64,000 bases of DNA from Phoronis australis. Taxonomy: Eukaryota; Animalia; Phoronida. The stretch's first letter is position 1. Each line of letters opens with the position of its first letter. The DNA lies in contig NMRA01000023.1 of NCBI GenBank assembly GCA_002633005.1, positions 640,205-704,204 of the forward strand, given 5' to 3'. The notes under the pieces were generated by a model that was given only the letters and a program-made list of their open reading frames with translations, was not told the origin of the DNA and searched no databases. Position numbers and translations under genes: made by a program. Positions 63,299-64,000 of this stretch are shown here, one piece after another.

Positions 63299-64000
63299 GT
63301 TGTGAAACAAACGCGTTGCAAATTAAAAACCCAGTATCTACGAGTACGAGTCTTACCTGTTTTTCCACTGAGTGCACTGTTTCTCTCGTGTATGACTGGG
63401 ATTGATCGCTTACTTCTGATTTTCTCTTACTTATATACCGTTTCCTATCTCTAAATATGATGAGTGCGATAAGCACATTTACCAATGGTTCTTCAGTGAT
63501 CGCGTGGGTAGGGGTAATTGTTTACAATATGACGACAAAGACTTAGACATATGATTTTGGTATCGTTCGATTCCCCGCAATGTTATCTTTCCAAATATAC
63601 GTAGAAATTTGTCCTACCCTGTTCCCTTAGTTTTTTATCGTGAAATTTCTGCTTGCACAATTTCCTGGTACTGGCGGTAGTAATACTGCCATTTTGAATG
63701 GATAAGGAGTCACCTGGCGGTCAAAAACTGAACTAATCTACCGACTTGCAGATCGTCGCTTTTCATAAGTTCAAATTGACCGAGACCCGTCAATCCACTG
63801 CCCGAGTTACGTAACCAAGGGTTCGAATTCGATCCTATGGTGACCCTGATATACGCATCTGCTAGCAAGAATCTGCCAAAAAGCGGAGGTTGTTTTTGAG
63901 GTCCAGATTTGTGAAAAAAGTATCACTTCAGACAATTTCATGGAAAAATGGTCACTGAATGGTCACAATTCTAAAAAAATGGAAAAGGTAAAATGCTTCT

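Overview
Eukaryotic, AT-rich, intron- and transposon-rich animal DNA, probably a marine invertebrate (host not determinable from this window). No prokaryotic operons or CRISPR. Most ORF-track entries are spurious; real genes appear only after manual splicing. I reconstructed: (1) a 16-exon CatSper4 sperm calcium-channel gene on + (about 1867-23773; TQDGW pore, six-Arg S4) with a decayed 4.9-kb Academ transposon in one intron; (2) a convergent 4-exon gene on - (24027-31212) for a secreted 164-aa protein with two atypical Kazal domains; (3) a candidate 4-exon 140-aa orphan gene on + (45401-48039); (4) the main finding, two tandem paralogous genes on - (48765-50325 and 54589-59058) encoding signal peptide + micro-exon propeptide + Cys-rich peptide with an unusual six-Cys array, C-x3-C-x4-C-x10/11-C-x-C-x3-C, resembling CS-alpha-beta defensins without their canonical first disulfide. 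The rest is transposon relics (ISL2EU-, IS3EU-, Kolobok-, P-, Helentron-, L1/Tx1-, Ngaro- and SINE-like), a perfect 41-bp-arm hairpin, and a strong excess of TACATGTA that looks like Tc1/mariner excision footprints. All gene models are manual and need RNA-seq confirmation.
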